Shown: in pieces, positions 30,873 to 41,212 of the stretch
How the letters are laid out: every line of letters starts with the position of its first letter
Numbering within the stretch: position 1 is the first letter of the stretch
NCBI GenBank assembly: GCA_963762145.1
Contig: CAVXJS010000011.1
Coordinates: 512,001 to 576,000 of the forward strand
Length of the DNA stretch: 64,000 nt
Origin: an uncultured Candidatus Rokubacteria bacterium
Lineage (GTDB): Bacteria; Methylomirabilota; Methylomirabilia; Rokubacteriales; CSP1-6
Reading direction: 5' to 3'
Notes under the pieces: model-generated
The model's database searches: none
What the model was told of the DNA's origin: nothing
The model's input: only the letters and a program-made list of their open reading frames with translations
Program-made: the position numbers and the translations under genes

Positions 30873-31574
30873 ATGCGCGTGCTGAGAGGATCGCCTATGG
30901 GCTTGCCGGTGCGGTGGCATGGGGTTGTCCTCGGTGCGCTGGTCCTGCTGTGGGTGTCTCCGGCGCGTGTGAGCGAGGCAGAACCTCCAAGCGACGTGCT
31001 CCGGGCCGCCTTCGGAGACGCCAACGCGATTCTCACCGACCCGGGAACGGCAGAGCATCCCGCCGACCGCCTCGTCGCCATCCGGACCCTCTTCGGCAGG
31101 GTGTTCGACTTCCGGGGCGCGGCCGAGCGCTCGCTCGGAGGCCAATGGCAGGCGAGTAGCCTGGCGGAGCAGAACGAGTTCACGCGGCTCTTCACCGAGT
31201 TCATGCAGCGCGGCTTCGTCTACTGGCTGGCCTCGGTGGCGGACGTCGACCCGAGCGGTGCGGGGGTCACGGTCCACTTCCTGCGGGAGTCCGTCGATCA
31301 CGAGACCGCGACCGTGCAGGTCGCGGTCCTCGGCCGGGGCGGGAGACTGATTCCCCTGAGCCACGACCTGGTCTACCGCGACCGACGCTGGATGGTGCGC
31401 GACGTCACGATCGAGGGCGTCAGCCTGGTGGCGAACTATCGGGCCCAGTTCGAGCGCGTGATCCGGGCCTCGTCCTATCCCGAGCTCATCAAGCGGATGA
31501 GGATCCGGATCGCCACCGGGCTGATGCTGCTGGAGCCGGTGGGGAGGGGCGCCGCCGGCGACACGCAAAAGTGA
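30873..31574 (+). CDS. MlaC/Ttg2D family phospholipid-binding protein
   Basis: FDF..AERSLG..W, WMVRDVTIEGVSLVANYRAQF; start uncertain. Confidence 0.85.
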   Translation: MRVLRGSPMGLPVRWHGVVLGALVLLWVSPARVSEAEPPSDVLRAAFGDANAILTDPGTAEHPADRLVAIRTLFGRVFDFRGAAERSLGGQWQASSLAEQNEFTRLFTEFMQRGFVYWLASVADVDPSGAGVTVHFLRESVDHETATVQVAVLGRGGRLIPLSHDLVYRDRRWMVRDVTIEGVSLVANYRAQFERVIRASSYPELIKRMRIRIATGLMLLEPVGRGAAGDTQK

Positions 31575-31584
31575 GCCGGACGTT

Positions 31585-32460
31585 CTATCCGAGGACGTCC
31601 TGCTTGAAGCGCTCGAGCGTTCTCGCGTGCTCCTCGGGGCCCGGAAGGCCGAGCCCCATCGTGTTGACGCACAGGTGCGTGATGCCGCGCATCGCACGCC
31701 ACGCGGCCATCTCCTTGGCACGCTCCTCCGGAGGCACCCGCGCCAGGGCCACCCGCCCCTCGATCCCGAACGTGGTCGGGTCGCGGCCCGCCTCCCGGAC
31801 GAGGCCGAGGAGACGGTCCACGGTGTCCTGCGCGGCGGGGCCGGGACGGAAGGTCTGCAGCGTGATCCAGCCGTCCGCGAGGCGGGCCGCGCGGCGGAGG
31901 ACCGCCTCGGCTTCGCCCCCCATCCAGACGGGAATCGGCCGCTGGACGGGCAGCGGATTGATCCCGGCGTCGGGCACGCGGTGCCACCGGCCGGCGTAGG
32001 TCACCAGCTCGCGCGTCCACAGGAGCCGCATGACCTCGAGCTGCTCCTCGATCCGCTTGCCGCGATCGTGGATGTTCTCGCCGAGGGCCTCGAACTCGAC
32101 CGGGCTCCAGCCGACCCCGACGCCCAGGCGCAGCCGTCCGCCCGAGAGCACGTCCACCTCGGCCGCCTGCTTGGCGACGAGCGTGGTCTGGCGCTGCGGC
32201 AGGATGAGGACGCCCGTGACCAGCTCGATGCGCCGCGTGACCGCGGCACAGAACGCGAAGAGCGCGAAGGGCTCGTGGAAGGCGTGCCGGTAGTCGAACT
32301 GGCTGTCCCAGCCTCCCGGCCGATCGGGGTTGGCGCCGACCACGCTGTCGAAGGCGAGCATGTGCGTGTACCCCATCGCCTCGACGGCCTGGGCATAGTC
32401 GCGGATCATCGCCGGATCCTGCCCGATCTCGGTCTGGGGGAAGACCACTCCGGTCTTCAT
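31585..32460 (-). CDS. LLM class F420-dependent oxidoreductase
   Basis: MKTGVVFPQTEIG, FHEP, LILPQRQT.LVAKQAAEVD.LS.GR. Confidence 0.9.
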   Translation of the reverse strand: MKTGVVFPQTEIGQDPAMIRDYAQAVEAMGYTHMLAFDSVVGANPDRPGGWDSQFDYRHAFHEPFALFAFCAAVTRRIELVTGVLILPQRQTTLVAKQAAEVDVLSGGRLRLGVGVGWSPVEFEALGENIHDRGKRIEEQLEVMRLLWTRELVTYAGRWHRVPDAGINPLPVQRPIPVWMGGEAEAVLRRAARLADGWITLQTFRPGPAAQDTVDRLLGLVREAGRDPTTFGIEGRVALARVPPEERAKEMAAWRAMRGITHLCVNTMGLGLPGPEEHARTLERFKQDVLG

Positions 32461-32486
32461 GGGCCGATCGTCATGGCTGGCTGACC

Positions 32487-33335
32487 TCAGGCGCGGCCCT
32501 GCGGCCCGCCGCGGAGCTTGGGATCGAGGAGATCGCGGAGCGCATCGCCCAGCATGTTGAAGCCGAAGACGGCCAGGCTGATGGCGATGCCGGGGAAGAT
32601 GGCCATCCACGGGGCCTGGATCATGTAGGTCCGGCCCGAGCCGCTGAGCATGGCGCCCCAGGACGGGGTCGGGGGCGGCACGCCGAAGCCGAGAAAGCTC
32701 AGCGCGGACTCGGCCAGGATCGCCACGCCGAGCCCCAGCGTGACGACCACCATGATCGGAGCGGCGATGTTGGGAAGGATGTGCCGCGCGATGATCTGCC
32801 AGTCCTGGCAGCCGGTGGCCCGGGCCACCTCGATGTACTGGTTCTCCCGGATGGCCAGGACGGCGCTCCGGATGATCCGCGCGTTGCCGGCCGTGCCGCC
32901 GATCCCCAGGGCCAGGATCACGTTGCCCAGGCCCTGGCCCAGCATGGCCATGATGGTCAGGAGCACCACGAGCCCCGGGAAGGCCATCAGCGTGTCGATG
33001 CACCGCTGCAGGACGATGTCGATGCGGCCCCCGTAGTAGCCGGACAGGACGCCGATGACGGTGGCCAGGAGCGTGCTGAGGGCCACCGCGCCGAGCCCGA
33101 GGAGCATGGAGATGCGCGCGCCGTGGATGACCCGGCTCAGGATGTCGCGTCCGAAATCGTCCGTGCCGAGGGGATGATGGAGGCTCGGCGCCTGCAGGCG
33201 GTCGCTCGATTTCACCTTGATCGGGTCGTAGGGCGCCAGCACCGGAGCCAGGAGCGCGGTGGCCACGAGACCGAGGATGAGGAGGCCGCCCAGCGCGCCC
33301 AGCGGCTTGCCCCGCAGCAACCTGACCACGGACAT
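32487..33335 (-). CDS. Peptide/nickel ABC permease (DppC-like)
   Basis: HPLGTDDFGRD, HILPN, ESALSFLG, PSWG. Confidence 0.92.
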   Translation of the reverse strand: MSVVRLLRGKPLGALGGLLILGLVATALLAPVLAPYDPIKVKSSDRLQAPSLHHPLGTDDFGRDILSRVIHGARISMLLGLGAVALSTLLATVIGVLSGYYGGRIDIVLQRCIDTLMAFPGLVVLLTIMAMLGQGLGNVILALGIGGTAGNARIIRSAVLAIRENQYIEVARATGCQDWQIIARHILPNIAAPIMVVVTLGLGVAILAESALSFLGFGVPPPTPSWGAMLSGSGRTYMIQAPWMAIFPGIAISLAVFGFNMLGDALRDLLDPKLRGGPQGRA

Positions 33336-33343
33336 GCCCGCTC

Positions 33344-34288
33344 CTATCCGAACCGGATCCGCGGGTCGAGGAAGCCGTAGACCACGTCGATCATCAGGTT
33401 GAGCACGATGACCGCGGTGGCCAGGAACAGGTTGATGCCCTGGATGACGGGGTAGTCACGCCAGGTGATGGCGTCGAGCAGGAACTTCCCCATGCCGGGG
33501 ATGACGAAGATGCTCTCCATGATGACGGTCCCGCCCAGGAGGGCCGAGAGCTGGAGGCCCATCACGGTGACCACCGGGATCATCGCGTTCTTGAGCACGT
33601 GCCGGAAGATGACGAGGGACTCCGGCAGACCCTTGGCCCACGCGGTGCGGACGTAGTCCTCGCGCAGCACCTCGAGCACCATGGAGCGCGTCATGCGCAT
33701 GACGCTGGCCGACAGGGCGAGGCCCAGGATGATGGCGGGGAGCAGGAGCTGGGAGAGGTTCTTCACCGGGTCGCGGGCGAACGGCGTGTAGCGCATCGGC
33801 GGCACCCACTGCCACCAGATCGACGCGCCCACGATGACCACGGTGGCCATCCAGAAGCTGGGGACGGACAGGCCGCCGATGGCGCCGGTCCGGAACAGGT
33901 AGTCGAGCCAGGTATCCTGCCGGACCGCCGAGAAGATGCCGGTGGGCACCGCGATCAGGAGGCCGAAGAGCATGGCGAGCACGGCCAGCTCGAGGCTGAC
34001 CGGCAGGCGGCGCAGGATCTCGTCCAGGACCGGCTCCTTGGTCCAGAACGACACGCCCAGGTCGCCCCGCAGGACTTTCCCGACATAGGTGACGTACTGG
34101 CGATGGAACGGTTGATCGAGGCCCAGCATCTGCTCGAGCTTGGTCTTGTCGGCCGCGTAGCCCTGCTCGCTCATCATGAGGGTCACGATGTCGCCGGGCA
34201 GGAGCCGGATGATGGAGAAGACCAGCAGGGTGACGAGGGCGAGCGTCGGCACCAGCAGCATGAGCCGGCGGAGAACGTAACGGGACAT
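33344..34288 (-). CDS. Peptide/nickel ABC permease (DppB-like)
   Basis: GDLG.S, DYVRTAWAKGL, RDYP. Confidence 0.92.
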   Translation of the reverse strand: MSRYVLRRLMLLVPTLALVTLLVFSIIRLLPGDIVTLMMSEQGYAADKTKLEQMLGLDQPFHRQYVTYVGKVLRGDLGVSFWTKEPVLDEILRRLPVSLELAVLAMLFGLLIAVPTGIFSAVRQDTWLDYLFRTGAIGGLSVPSFWMATVVIVGASIWWQWVPPMRYTPFARDPVKNLSQLLLPAIILGLALSASVMRMTRSMVLEVLREDYVRTAWAKGLPESLVIFRHVLKNAMIPVVTVMGLQLSALLGGTVIMESIFVIPGMGKFLLDAITWRDYPVIQGINLFLATAVIVLNLMIDVVYGFLDPRIRFG

Positions 34289-34332
34289 GGGCGGGACGTA
34301 TCCCCGGCGTGCTGCCGCTCGCTAGCCGATCC

Positions 34333-35928
34333 TCACGCCTTCTTGCCGTCGAGCCAGATCTCCTCGTAGCGCTGGTCGTAGGCGTTGATCGGCACCGTGT
34401 AGTTCTTCACCCAGGGCTGGACGCCGTAGTGCACGACCGGGGTGTAGAGGAACACGTTCGGGGCGTCGTCCAGCAGCATCCGCTGGATCTGGTGGACCAT
34501 GTCCACGCGCTTCTTCAGATCGAGGAGCTTGGCCTGCTCGTCGATGAGGCGGTGGATCTCCTTGTTGCCCCACCGGTAGTACGTGGCGGTGGCGCCGTAG
34601 TACGGACGGATGGCCTCCTCGGGCTCCTCTCCGGTGAGCGCGGTGTGCACGCTCATCGAGTAGTCGTACGAGTAGCTCTTGTTGTAGTACTGGGCCATCT
34701 CCATGGGCTTCAGGTTGACCTGGATGCCCACCTTGGCGAGCTGATCCTTCACCACCTGGGCGCTCTTCACGTTGTCGCCGGGGCTGCCGACGATGAGCTC
34801 GGTCTCGAAGCCGTTGGGGTAGCCCGCCTCGGTGAGCAGGCGCTTGGCCTTCTTGAGATCGAACTCCGGCCGCGCGGACGCGGGCAGGGCCCACGGCTTC
34901 CGGTAGGTGGGGATGGGGCCGGTCATGGTCGCGCCCCAGCCGCTCCGCACGATCTCGATGAACTCCTCCTGCCGGATGGCGGCCTGGATGGCCTGGCGCA
35001 CCTTCTTCTCGGTGAAGGGGGGCTTGAGCGGGCGCTGCTCGTCGTAGGGCCGCGTCCGCAGCACGATGGGGAACATCGTGGTGATCTCGGCCACCGTGAT
35101 CCGGGCGTTCGAGGCCTTGATCGAGGGCACGTCGGCGAACTCGAGCAGGGAGATGTCGGTCTGCTGCCCGCGGAACGCGGCGGTGGCCGCGGCGGGATCG
35201 ATGACGTACTGGATGCGGACCTCGTCCAGGTAGGGCAGCCCCTTCTTGAAGTAGTGCGGGTTCTTGACGAACAGCGCCTCCTGCTCGCGCCGGTACTCCT
35301 GCATGATGAACGGCCCGGTGCCGATCGCGTGGCGCTGCAGATCGCCGTGCTTCTCCACCACCTCGCGCGCCACGATCACCGTCCAGGGATTGGCGATGTA
35401 GTTCAGGAACGGCGCGTACGGCTCCTTGGTCTTGAAGACGATCGTGTACTTGTCCGGGGTCTGGATGCTGGCCAGCTTGCCCAGGAAGAAGTAGGCGTGC
35501 TGGAACTTCCCCGGCTGGTCCGTCATCTGACGCTCGATGCTGTACTTGACGTCCTCCGACGTGAGCTCCCGCCCGTTCACCGGCGGCACGTTGTGGAACT
35601 TGACGCCCTGTCGCAGCTTGAAGGAGTACGTGACGTCGTCCTTCTGCTCCCAGCTCTCGGCCAGGTCCGGCAGGATCTTCGTGCCGTCGTGGTTGAACTT
35701 CAGGAGGGCGTTGTACGTCTGGTGGATCACCTGCAGCGCGGCGCCCCACGTCTCGAGGTGCGGGTCGATGCCGCGGATGGGTCCGCTCCGTACCACCAGG
35801 GTGCCGCCTCGCTTGGCGTCGCCCTTGTCCTGGCCCCACGCGATCCGGGGTGAGGCCGCCGCCAGGCCCGCGCCGACGACCCCGGCATGGAGAAAGCTAC
35901 GTCGCGACACGTGATCGGCAGGCTTCAT
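34333..35928 (-). CDS. Family 5 ABC substrate-binding protein with Tat signal
   Basis: SRRSFL; PDLAESW, FKLRQGVKFH, GTGPF. Confidence 0.9.
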   Translation of the reverse strand: MKPADHVSRRSFLHAGVVGAGLAAASPRIAWGQDKGDAKRGGTLVVRSGPIRGIDPHLETWGAALQVIHQTYNALLKFNHDGTKILPDLAESWEQKDDVTYSFKLRQGVKFHNVPPVNGRELTSEDVKYSIERQMTDQPGKFQHAYFFLGKLASIQTPDKYTIVFKTKEPYAPFLNYIANPWTVIVAREVVEKHGDLQRHAIGTGPFIMQEYRREQEALFVKNPHYFKKGLPYLDEVRIQYVIDPAAATAAFRGQQTDISLLEFADVPSIKASNARITVAEITTMFPIVLRTRPYDEQRPLKPPFTEKKVRQAIQAAIRQEEFIEIVRSGWGATMTGPIPTYRKPWALPASARPEFDLKKAKRLLTEAGYPNGFETELIVGSPGDNVKSAQVVKDQLAKVGIQVNLKPMEMAQYYNKSYSYDYSMSVHTALTGEEPEEAIRPYYGATATYYRWGNKEIHRLIDEQAKLLDLKKRVDMVHQIQRMLLDDAPNVFLYTPVVHYGVQPWVKNYTVPINAYDQRYEEIWLDGKKA

Positions 35929-36049
35929 GGCGAGTCTCCCTGTTCTCCGTTGAGCAGGTCCCGTGGTGGTGGCTCGGAGGATGGCCTGTCCGACGGTCGG
36001 AGTCAAGGACCCGGGCGCCGTCCCGTATACTCGAGGCGAGGAGGCCCGC

Positions 36050-36355
36050 ATGCGTCCCGCTCCGGTTCATGCTCCCCGCCGCGCCACGTTCTCCGTGGGG
36101 GGCCGGCGCCTCGGGGCCCGTGTCGCCGCCGACGTGGACGGCTACACCGTGGAGTCGACCGACTTCCCGGCCTGCTGGGCGTTCGCGCCCACGCTGGATG
36201 GAGCGCTGGAGAGCCTCGCCGAGCAGGTCGCCCCCGCCCTCGCGGCTCGGCCGCTCCCGCCGCTGCCCCCCCACTCGCTGGACCGTCGTCCCGATCTGCG
36301 GGCCAGGTTCGCCCGCGTGGTGGCCCGCGCGCTCGGCCACCGGATCGACTCCTAG
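36050..36355 (+). CDS. Small HicB-like protein
   Basis: DGYTVESTDFPACWAFAPTLDGALESL resembles the HicB N-domain; RBS GAGGAGG; TATACT upstream. Confidence 0.5.
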   Translation: MRPAPVHAPRRATFSVGGRRLGARVAADVDGYTVESTDFPACWAFAPTLDGALESLAEQVAPALAARPLPPLPPHSLDRRPDLRARFARVVARALGHRIDS

Positions 36356-36434
36356 CGGCCGGATCGGGAATGAGGGAGCGCCGTCCGATTGCACGGCGCT
36401 CCACGGTGCCGCTATACTCAGCGTCGCCTGAAAC

Positions 36435-39400
36435 ATGCACGACGACCCTGGCGGTTCCGACCCCGGTGCGGCAGCCGCGTGGCTCGCGGGCGGTGGCGAG
36501 ATGGGCGGGCGCATCCGCCGCCTGGAGTGGGCGTCCACTCCGCTGGGCCCCACCGACACGTGGCCGCAGAGTCTCCGCAGCGCCGTCAGCATCCTGCTGC
36601 CCTCGAAGGCGCAGATCTGCCTGTTCTGGGGATCGGAGCTGATCAAGCTCTACAACGACGCCTACATCCCGGTCCTCGGCCAGAAGCATCCCGGGAGCCT
36701 GGGCCACCCGGCGCGCGAGGTATGGGTCGAGATCTGGGAGGTCCTGGGGCCCTTGCTGGAGGGCGTCGTCGCCACCGGCGAGGCGTTTCGCGGCGTGGAC
36801 TACCCCTTCTACCTCGATCGCCACGGCTTCACCGAGGAGACGTACTTCGACGTCTCGTATGACCCGGTGCGGGACGAATCCGGCAAGGTGGGCGGCGTGT
36901 TCTGCATCGTCAGCGAGACCACCGGCCGGGTCCTGAGCGAGCGGCGCCTCCGGACCCTGCGCGATCTGGGACGGGCCAGGGAAGGCCGGTCGCCGGCGGA
37001 GGCGGGCACCCTGGCGTTGGCCGCGCTCGCGGCGAATCCCAAGGACGTGCCGTTCGTGAGCCTCTATCTGCTCGACGGGGGCGGCTCCGTCGCGAACGCC
37101 CTGGGCTCGGTCGGTGTTCCGGCCGGCGGCGCCCTCAGCCCGGCGGAGATCGCGCTGGATGACCCCCGATGGGGCCTCGCCGAGATCGCCCGGAGCGGCC
37201 GACCCCGTGTCCTGCAGGCGGACCCCGCGGGCGCGCCCGAGGCCGCCGCCCCGGACCGGACGCTGATCCATCCGATCCTCCGAGCGGGCCAGTGTGCCGG
37301 ATTCATGATCGCGAGGACCAGCCGCTTCGCGGCGCTCGAGGGCGACTATCGCGATTTCTTCGACCTGGTCGCCGCCCAGATCGGAACCGCGGTGACGCAG
37401 GCGTCCTCCTACGAGGAGGAGCGGAAGCGGGCCGAGGCGCTCGCCGAGCTCGACCGCGCGAAGACGACGTTCTTCAGCAACATCAGCCACGAGTTCCGGA
37501 CGCCCCTGACGCTGATGCTCGGGCCGCTCGAGGACCTGTTGCAGGGGATGCCGGCGGTCGGCCGCCCGGACTATCGCGAGTCGCTCGTGGTGATTCACCG
37601 CAACGGCCGGCGCCTGCTCAAGCTGGTCAACGCGCTACTCGATTTTTCCCGGATCCAGGCCGGGCGGCACGACGCCCGCTACGAGCCGACCGACCTCGGC
37701 GCGGTCACCGCGGAGCTGGCAGCCGTCTTCCGCTCGGCGATCGAGCAGGCGGGGCTCACCTTCGACGTGCGCTCCCCCGCCGGGGCCGCGCCGGTGTACG
37801 TCGATCGCGGGATGTGGGAGAAGATCGTCCTGAACCTGCTGTCCAACGCGTTCAAGTTCACGTTCGAGGGGGCGATCGCGGTCGAGCTCGTCGATCGGGC
37901 GGCGTCGGTCGAGCTGATCGTGCGCGACAGCGGCATCGGCATCTCGCCGGCCGAGATCGATCGCGTCTTCGACCGCTTCCACCGGGTCGAGAACGCACGC
38001 GCCCGTACGCACGAGGGCTCGGGCATCGGCCTCGCGATGGTGCAGGAGCTGGTGCGCCTGCATGGAGGGACGGTACGGGTCGAGAGCGTGCCCGGCCGGG
38101 GCAGCGCGTTCACGGTGACGCTGCCCCGGGGGAAGGCGCACCTGCCGCCGGCCCGGATCGTGGCCGGCTCCACCGGCGCGGACCGGACCAGCCTCGGCGA
38201 GTTCTTCGTGGAGGAGGCGCTCGGCTGGCTTCCCGATGCCGACCCCTCGGTGGAGGAGACGGCCGGGTCGATTCCCGAGCCCGACGGCAGCGCGGCGACG
38301 GCGGGGCGCGTCCGCATCCTGGTCGCCGACGACAACGCGGACATGCGGGAGTACGTGACCCGGCTCCTCCGCTCGCACTGGGACGTCGAGGGTGTCGGCG
38401 ACGGCCACGCGGCGCTGGCCGCGCTCCGGGCCCGTCCGGCCGGGCTCCTGCTGGCCGACGTCATGATGCCCGGCCTCGACGGGTTTGGCCTGCTGCGCGC
38501 GGTGCGCGACGACCCCGCGACGCGCGACACGCCGGTCATCCTGCTGTCGGCCCGGGCGGGCGAGGAGTCGCGCGTCGAAGGGCTGGAGGCGGGTGCCGAC
38601 GACTACGTGATCAAGCCGTTCTCGGCGCGAGAGCTCCTCGCCCGGATCGAGGCGACCCTCCGGCTGCGCCAGCTGCGCGAGCAGGCGGAGGCCGAGCGCC
38701 GGGTCCTGCTCGATCGGGAGCAGGTGGCGCGCCGGGAGGCGGAGGAGAAGACCGAGATCCTCGAGACGATCAACCGCATCGGGCAGCGGCTGACCGCCCA
38801 GACCGATCTCGCCGCGCTCGTCCAGTCGTTCACGGATGAGGCCACCCGGCTGACCGGCGCTCGGTTCGGCGCGTTCTTCTACAATGTCGTCGGCGCGCCG
38901 GGCGAATCGTACACGCTGTACACCATCTCGGGCGTGCCGCGGGAAGCATTCGAGAAGTTTCCCCTGCCGCGCAACACCGACCTGTTCGGACCGACCTTCC
39001 GGGGTGAGCGCATCATCCGGCTCGCCGACGTGAAGCAGGACCCGCGCTACGGCCGCAATGCGCCGCACTTCGGCATGCCGCGGGGGCATCTGCCGGTGAC
39101 GAGCTATCTCGCGGTGCCCGTCGTCTCCCGCACCGGTGACGTGATCGGCGGCCTCTTCCTGGGCCACGAGCAGGCCGGCGTGTTCCCGGAGCGGCTCGAG
39201 CCGATCATGGCCGGGGTGGCGGCGCAGCTCGCGATCGCGATCGACAACGCGCGCCTGCTCGAGAAGGAGCAGCGGGCCCGCGCCGCGGCCGAGGAGGCGA
39301 GCCGGGCGAAGGACGAGTTCCTCGCGGTGCTCTCGCACGAGCTCCGCACCCCGCTGAACGCGGTCTACGGCTGGGCGCGCATGCTGCGGGCGAGAGAGGT

Positions 39401-40451
39401 CGAGGGGGAGGCCGCGAAGCGGGCGCTGGACGTCATCATGCGGAACGCGGACGCCCAGGTTCAGCTCATCGACGACATGCTGGACGTGTCCCGCATCGTC
39501 TCCGGCCGGATGCGGCTCGACGTGCGCCCGGTCGATCTGCGGGCCGTCGTGGACGCCGCGCTCGATGCGGTCCGCCCCGCCGCCGAGGCCAAGGACCTCC
39601 GGCTGCAGGCGGTGCTCGATCCCAAGGCATTCGCGATCTCCGGGGACCCCGACCGGCTCCAGCAGGTCGTCTGGAACCTGCTCATCAATGCGGTGAAGTT
39701 CACCGAGCGGGGCGGGCGGGTCCAGGTCGAGCTGCAGCGGGCGAACTCACGCGTGCAGATCATCGTCAGCGACACCGGGCAGGGCATCGGTCCGGACGTG
39801 CTGCCGCACGTGTTCGAGCGCTTCCAGCAGGGCGACAGCACGTCGACGCGGCGTCACGCCGGGCTCGGCCTGGGCCTGGCGCTCGTCCGGCATCTCGTCG
39901 AGCTGCACGGGGGCACCGTCGAAGCGTTCAGCGCCGGGGAGGGCCAGGGCTCCGTCTTCACCGTGAACCTTCCCGTGGCCATCGCGCGCGACGCCACCGC
40001 GGGGGAGATGCCGCCCGCGGGCGCGCGCGTGCACCCGACGGCCGTCGTGACCGACGGGCCGCGAGGCCCATCGCTGCAGGGCCTGCGAATCCTCGTCGTG
40101 GACGACGACCGGGACGGGCTCGACCTGGCCGCGACGATCCTGACCAACAGCGGCGCCCAGGTCCAGACCGCCAGGTCGGCCGCCGAGGGCTTCGAGATCC
40201 TCCGGACGTGGCGGCCGGATGTCCTCGTCTCCGACATCGAGATGCCCGCCGAGGACGGTTATGCGTTCATCCGGCGGGTGCGCGGGCTCGACGGCCCGAT
40301 CGCCCGGACCCCGGCGGTGGCCCTCACCGCCTACGGTCGCGTCGAGGAGCGGCTGCGCACGCTCGCGGCCGGCTACAGCATGCACGTCCCGAAGCCGGTG
40401 GATCCCGCCGAACTGGCCACCATCGTGGCCAGCCTCGCGGGGCGCACCTGA
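36435..40451 (+). CDS. Hybrid histidine kinase: PAS-GAF-HisKA-HATPase-REC-GAF-HisKA-HATPase-REC
   Basis: Two H-boxes (SHEFRTP, SHELRTP) and two REC domains. Confidence 0.93.
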   Translation: MHDDPGGSDPGAAAAWLAGGGEMGGRIRRLEWASTPLGPTDTWPQSLRSAVSILLPSKAQICLFWGSELIKLYNDAYIPVLGQKHPGSLGHPAREVWVEIWEVLGPLLEGVVATGEAFRGVDYPFYLDRHGFTEETYFDVSYDPVRDESGKVGGVFCIVSETTGRVLSERRLRTLRDLGRAREGRSPAEAGTLALAALAANPKDVPFVSLYLLDGGGSVANALGSVGVPAGGALSPAEIALDDPRWGLAEIARSGRPRVLQADPAGAPEAAAPDRTLIHPILRAGQCAGFMIARTSRFAALEGDYRDFFDLVAAQIGTAVTQASSYEEERKRAEALAELDRAKTTFFSNISHEFRTPLTLMLGPLEDLLQGMPAVGRPDYRESLVVIHRNGRRLLKLVNALLDFSRIQAGRHDARYEPTDLGAVTAELAAVFRSAIEQAGLTFDVRSPAGAAPVYVDRGMWEKIVLNLLSNAFKFTFEGAIAVELVDRAASVELIVRDSGIGISPAEIDRVFDRFHRVENARARTHEGSGIGLAMVQELVRLHGGTVRVESVPGRGSAFTVTLPRGKAHLPPARIVAGSTGADRTSLGEFFVEEALGWLPDADPSVEETAGSIPEPDGSAATAGRVRILVADDNADMREYVTRLLRSHWDVEGVGDGHAALAALRARPAGLLLADVMMPGLDGFGLLRAVRDDPATRDTPVILLSARAGEESRVEGLEAGADDYVIKPFSARELLARIEATLRLRQLREQAEAERRVLLDREQVARREAEEKTEILETINRIGQRLTAQTDLAALVQSFTDEATRLTGARFGAFFYNVVGAPGESYTLYTISGVPREAFEKFPLPRNTDLFGPTFRGERIIRLADVKQDPRYGRNAPHFGMPRGHLPVTSYLAVPVVSRTGDVIGGLFLGHEQAGVFPERLEPIMAGVAAQLAIAIDNARLLEKEQRARAAAEEASRAKDEFLAVLSHELRTPLNAVYGWARMLRAREVEGEAAKRALDVIMRNADAQVQLIDDMLDVSRIVSGRMRLDVRPVDLRAVVDAALDAVRPAAEAKDLRLQAVLDPKAFAISGDPDRLQQVVWNLLINAVKFTERGGRVQVELQRANSRVQIIVSDTGQGIGPDVLPHVFERFQQGDSTSTRRHAGLGLGLALVRHLVELHGGTVEAFSAGEGQGSVFTVNLPVAIARDATAGEMPPAGARVHPTAVVTDGPRGPSLQGLRILVVDDDRDGLDLAATILTNSGAQVQTARSAAEGFEILRTWRPDVLVSDIEMPAEDGYAFIRRVRGLDGPIARTPAVALTAYGRVEERLRTLAAGYSMHVPKPVDPAELATIVASLAGRT

Positions 40452-40455
40452 CCCG

Positions 40456-41130
40456 CTAGGCGAAGGGATCGACCTCGTCGGCGTAGCACACCGGCGAGGC
40501 CAGCGCGCCCGGCTTGCCCGGGGTCGCCGCTCCGAGGAAGGCGAGCCCGGCCGGGTCGCGCCGGTACACGCCGCGCTCGGTCACGATCCAGTCCATCGGC
40601 ACGTCCCAGGCCTGGGGCCGGATGGTCGGCAGCCGGCCCAGCTCGTAGCCGACGCCGATGGCGATGGGCCGCCCCGGCCGGCCCGCCAGGGACCGGTCGA
40701 AGAACCCACCCCCGTAGCCCAGACGATGACCGGCGTCGTCCCAGCCGTTGAGCGGCACCAGCACGACGGTGGGCACGACCGGCTCGGAGCTCGCCGGATA
40801 GGGGATGCCGAGCGCGCCCGTGGCGAGCGCCACGCCGGGATGCCACTCGCGGAAGACGAGCGGCCGGCGCGGCGCCACGACCACCGGCAGCGCCGTCACC
40901 GCGCCGCGCGCGCGCAGTGCGTCGGCCAGGGGGCGCGCGTCGTACTCTCCGCGCATCGGCCAGCAGAACGCCACCGTCGCGCCCGCCAGGCCGGGGAACG
41001 CGCGCTCCAGATGGGCGTCGATGCGCCGGCGGAAGTCCTCGAGCGTGGCGGGGTCGAGGCGCTCGCGCGCGGCGATCAGCCGCTGGCGCTCGGCCGCCCG
41101 CCAGGTGGAGAGCTCGTCGGAGGTCATCAC
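40456..41130 (-). CDS. 5-formyltetrahydrofolate cyclo-ligase
   Basis: LVPL..D..GHRLGYGGGFFDR, WDVPMD.IVTE. Confidence 0.92.
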   Translation of the reverse strand: MMTSDELSTWRAAERQRLIAARERLDPATLEDFRRRIDAHLERAFPGLAGATVAFCWPMRGEYDARPLADALRARGAVTALPVVVAPRRPLVFREWHPGVALATGALGIPYPASSEPVVPTVVLVPLNGWDDAGHRLGYGGGFFDRSLAGRPGRPIAIGVGYELGRLPTIRPQAWDVPMDWIVTERGVYRRDPAGLAFLGAATPGKPGALASPVCYADEVDPFA

Positions 41131-41212
41131 GCCGTCATGTTATATATACCCCCCATGCCGACCTTTCGACACGGCGACGCCACGATCTACTAGAGGCGGG
41201 GGAGGAACCGCG

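Noticed and set aside
32487-35928. Peptide ABC operon lacking an ATPase gene
   Set aside because: Common arrangement; the ATPase can be supplied in trans
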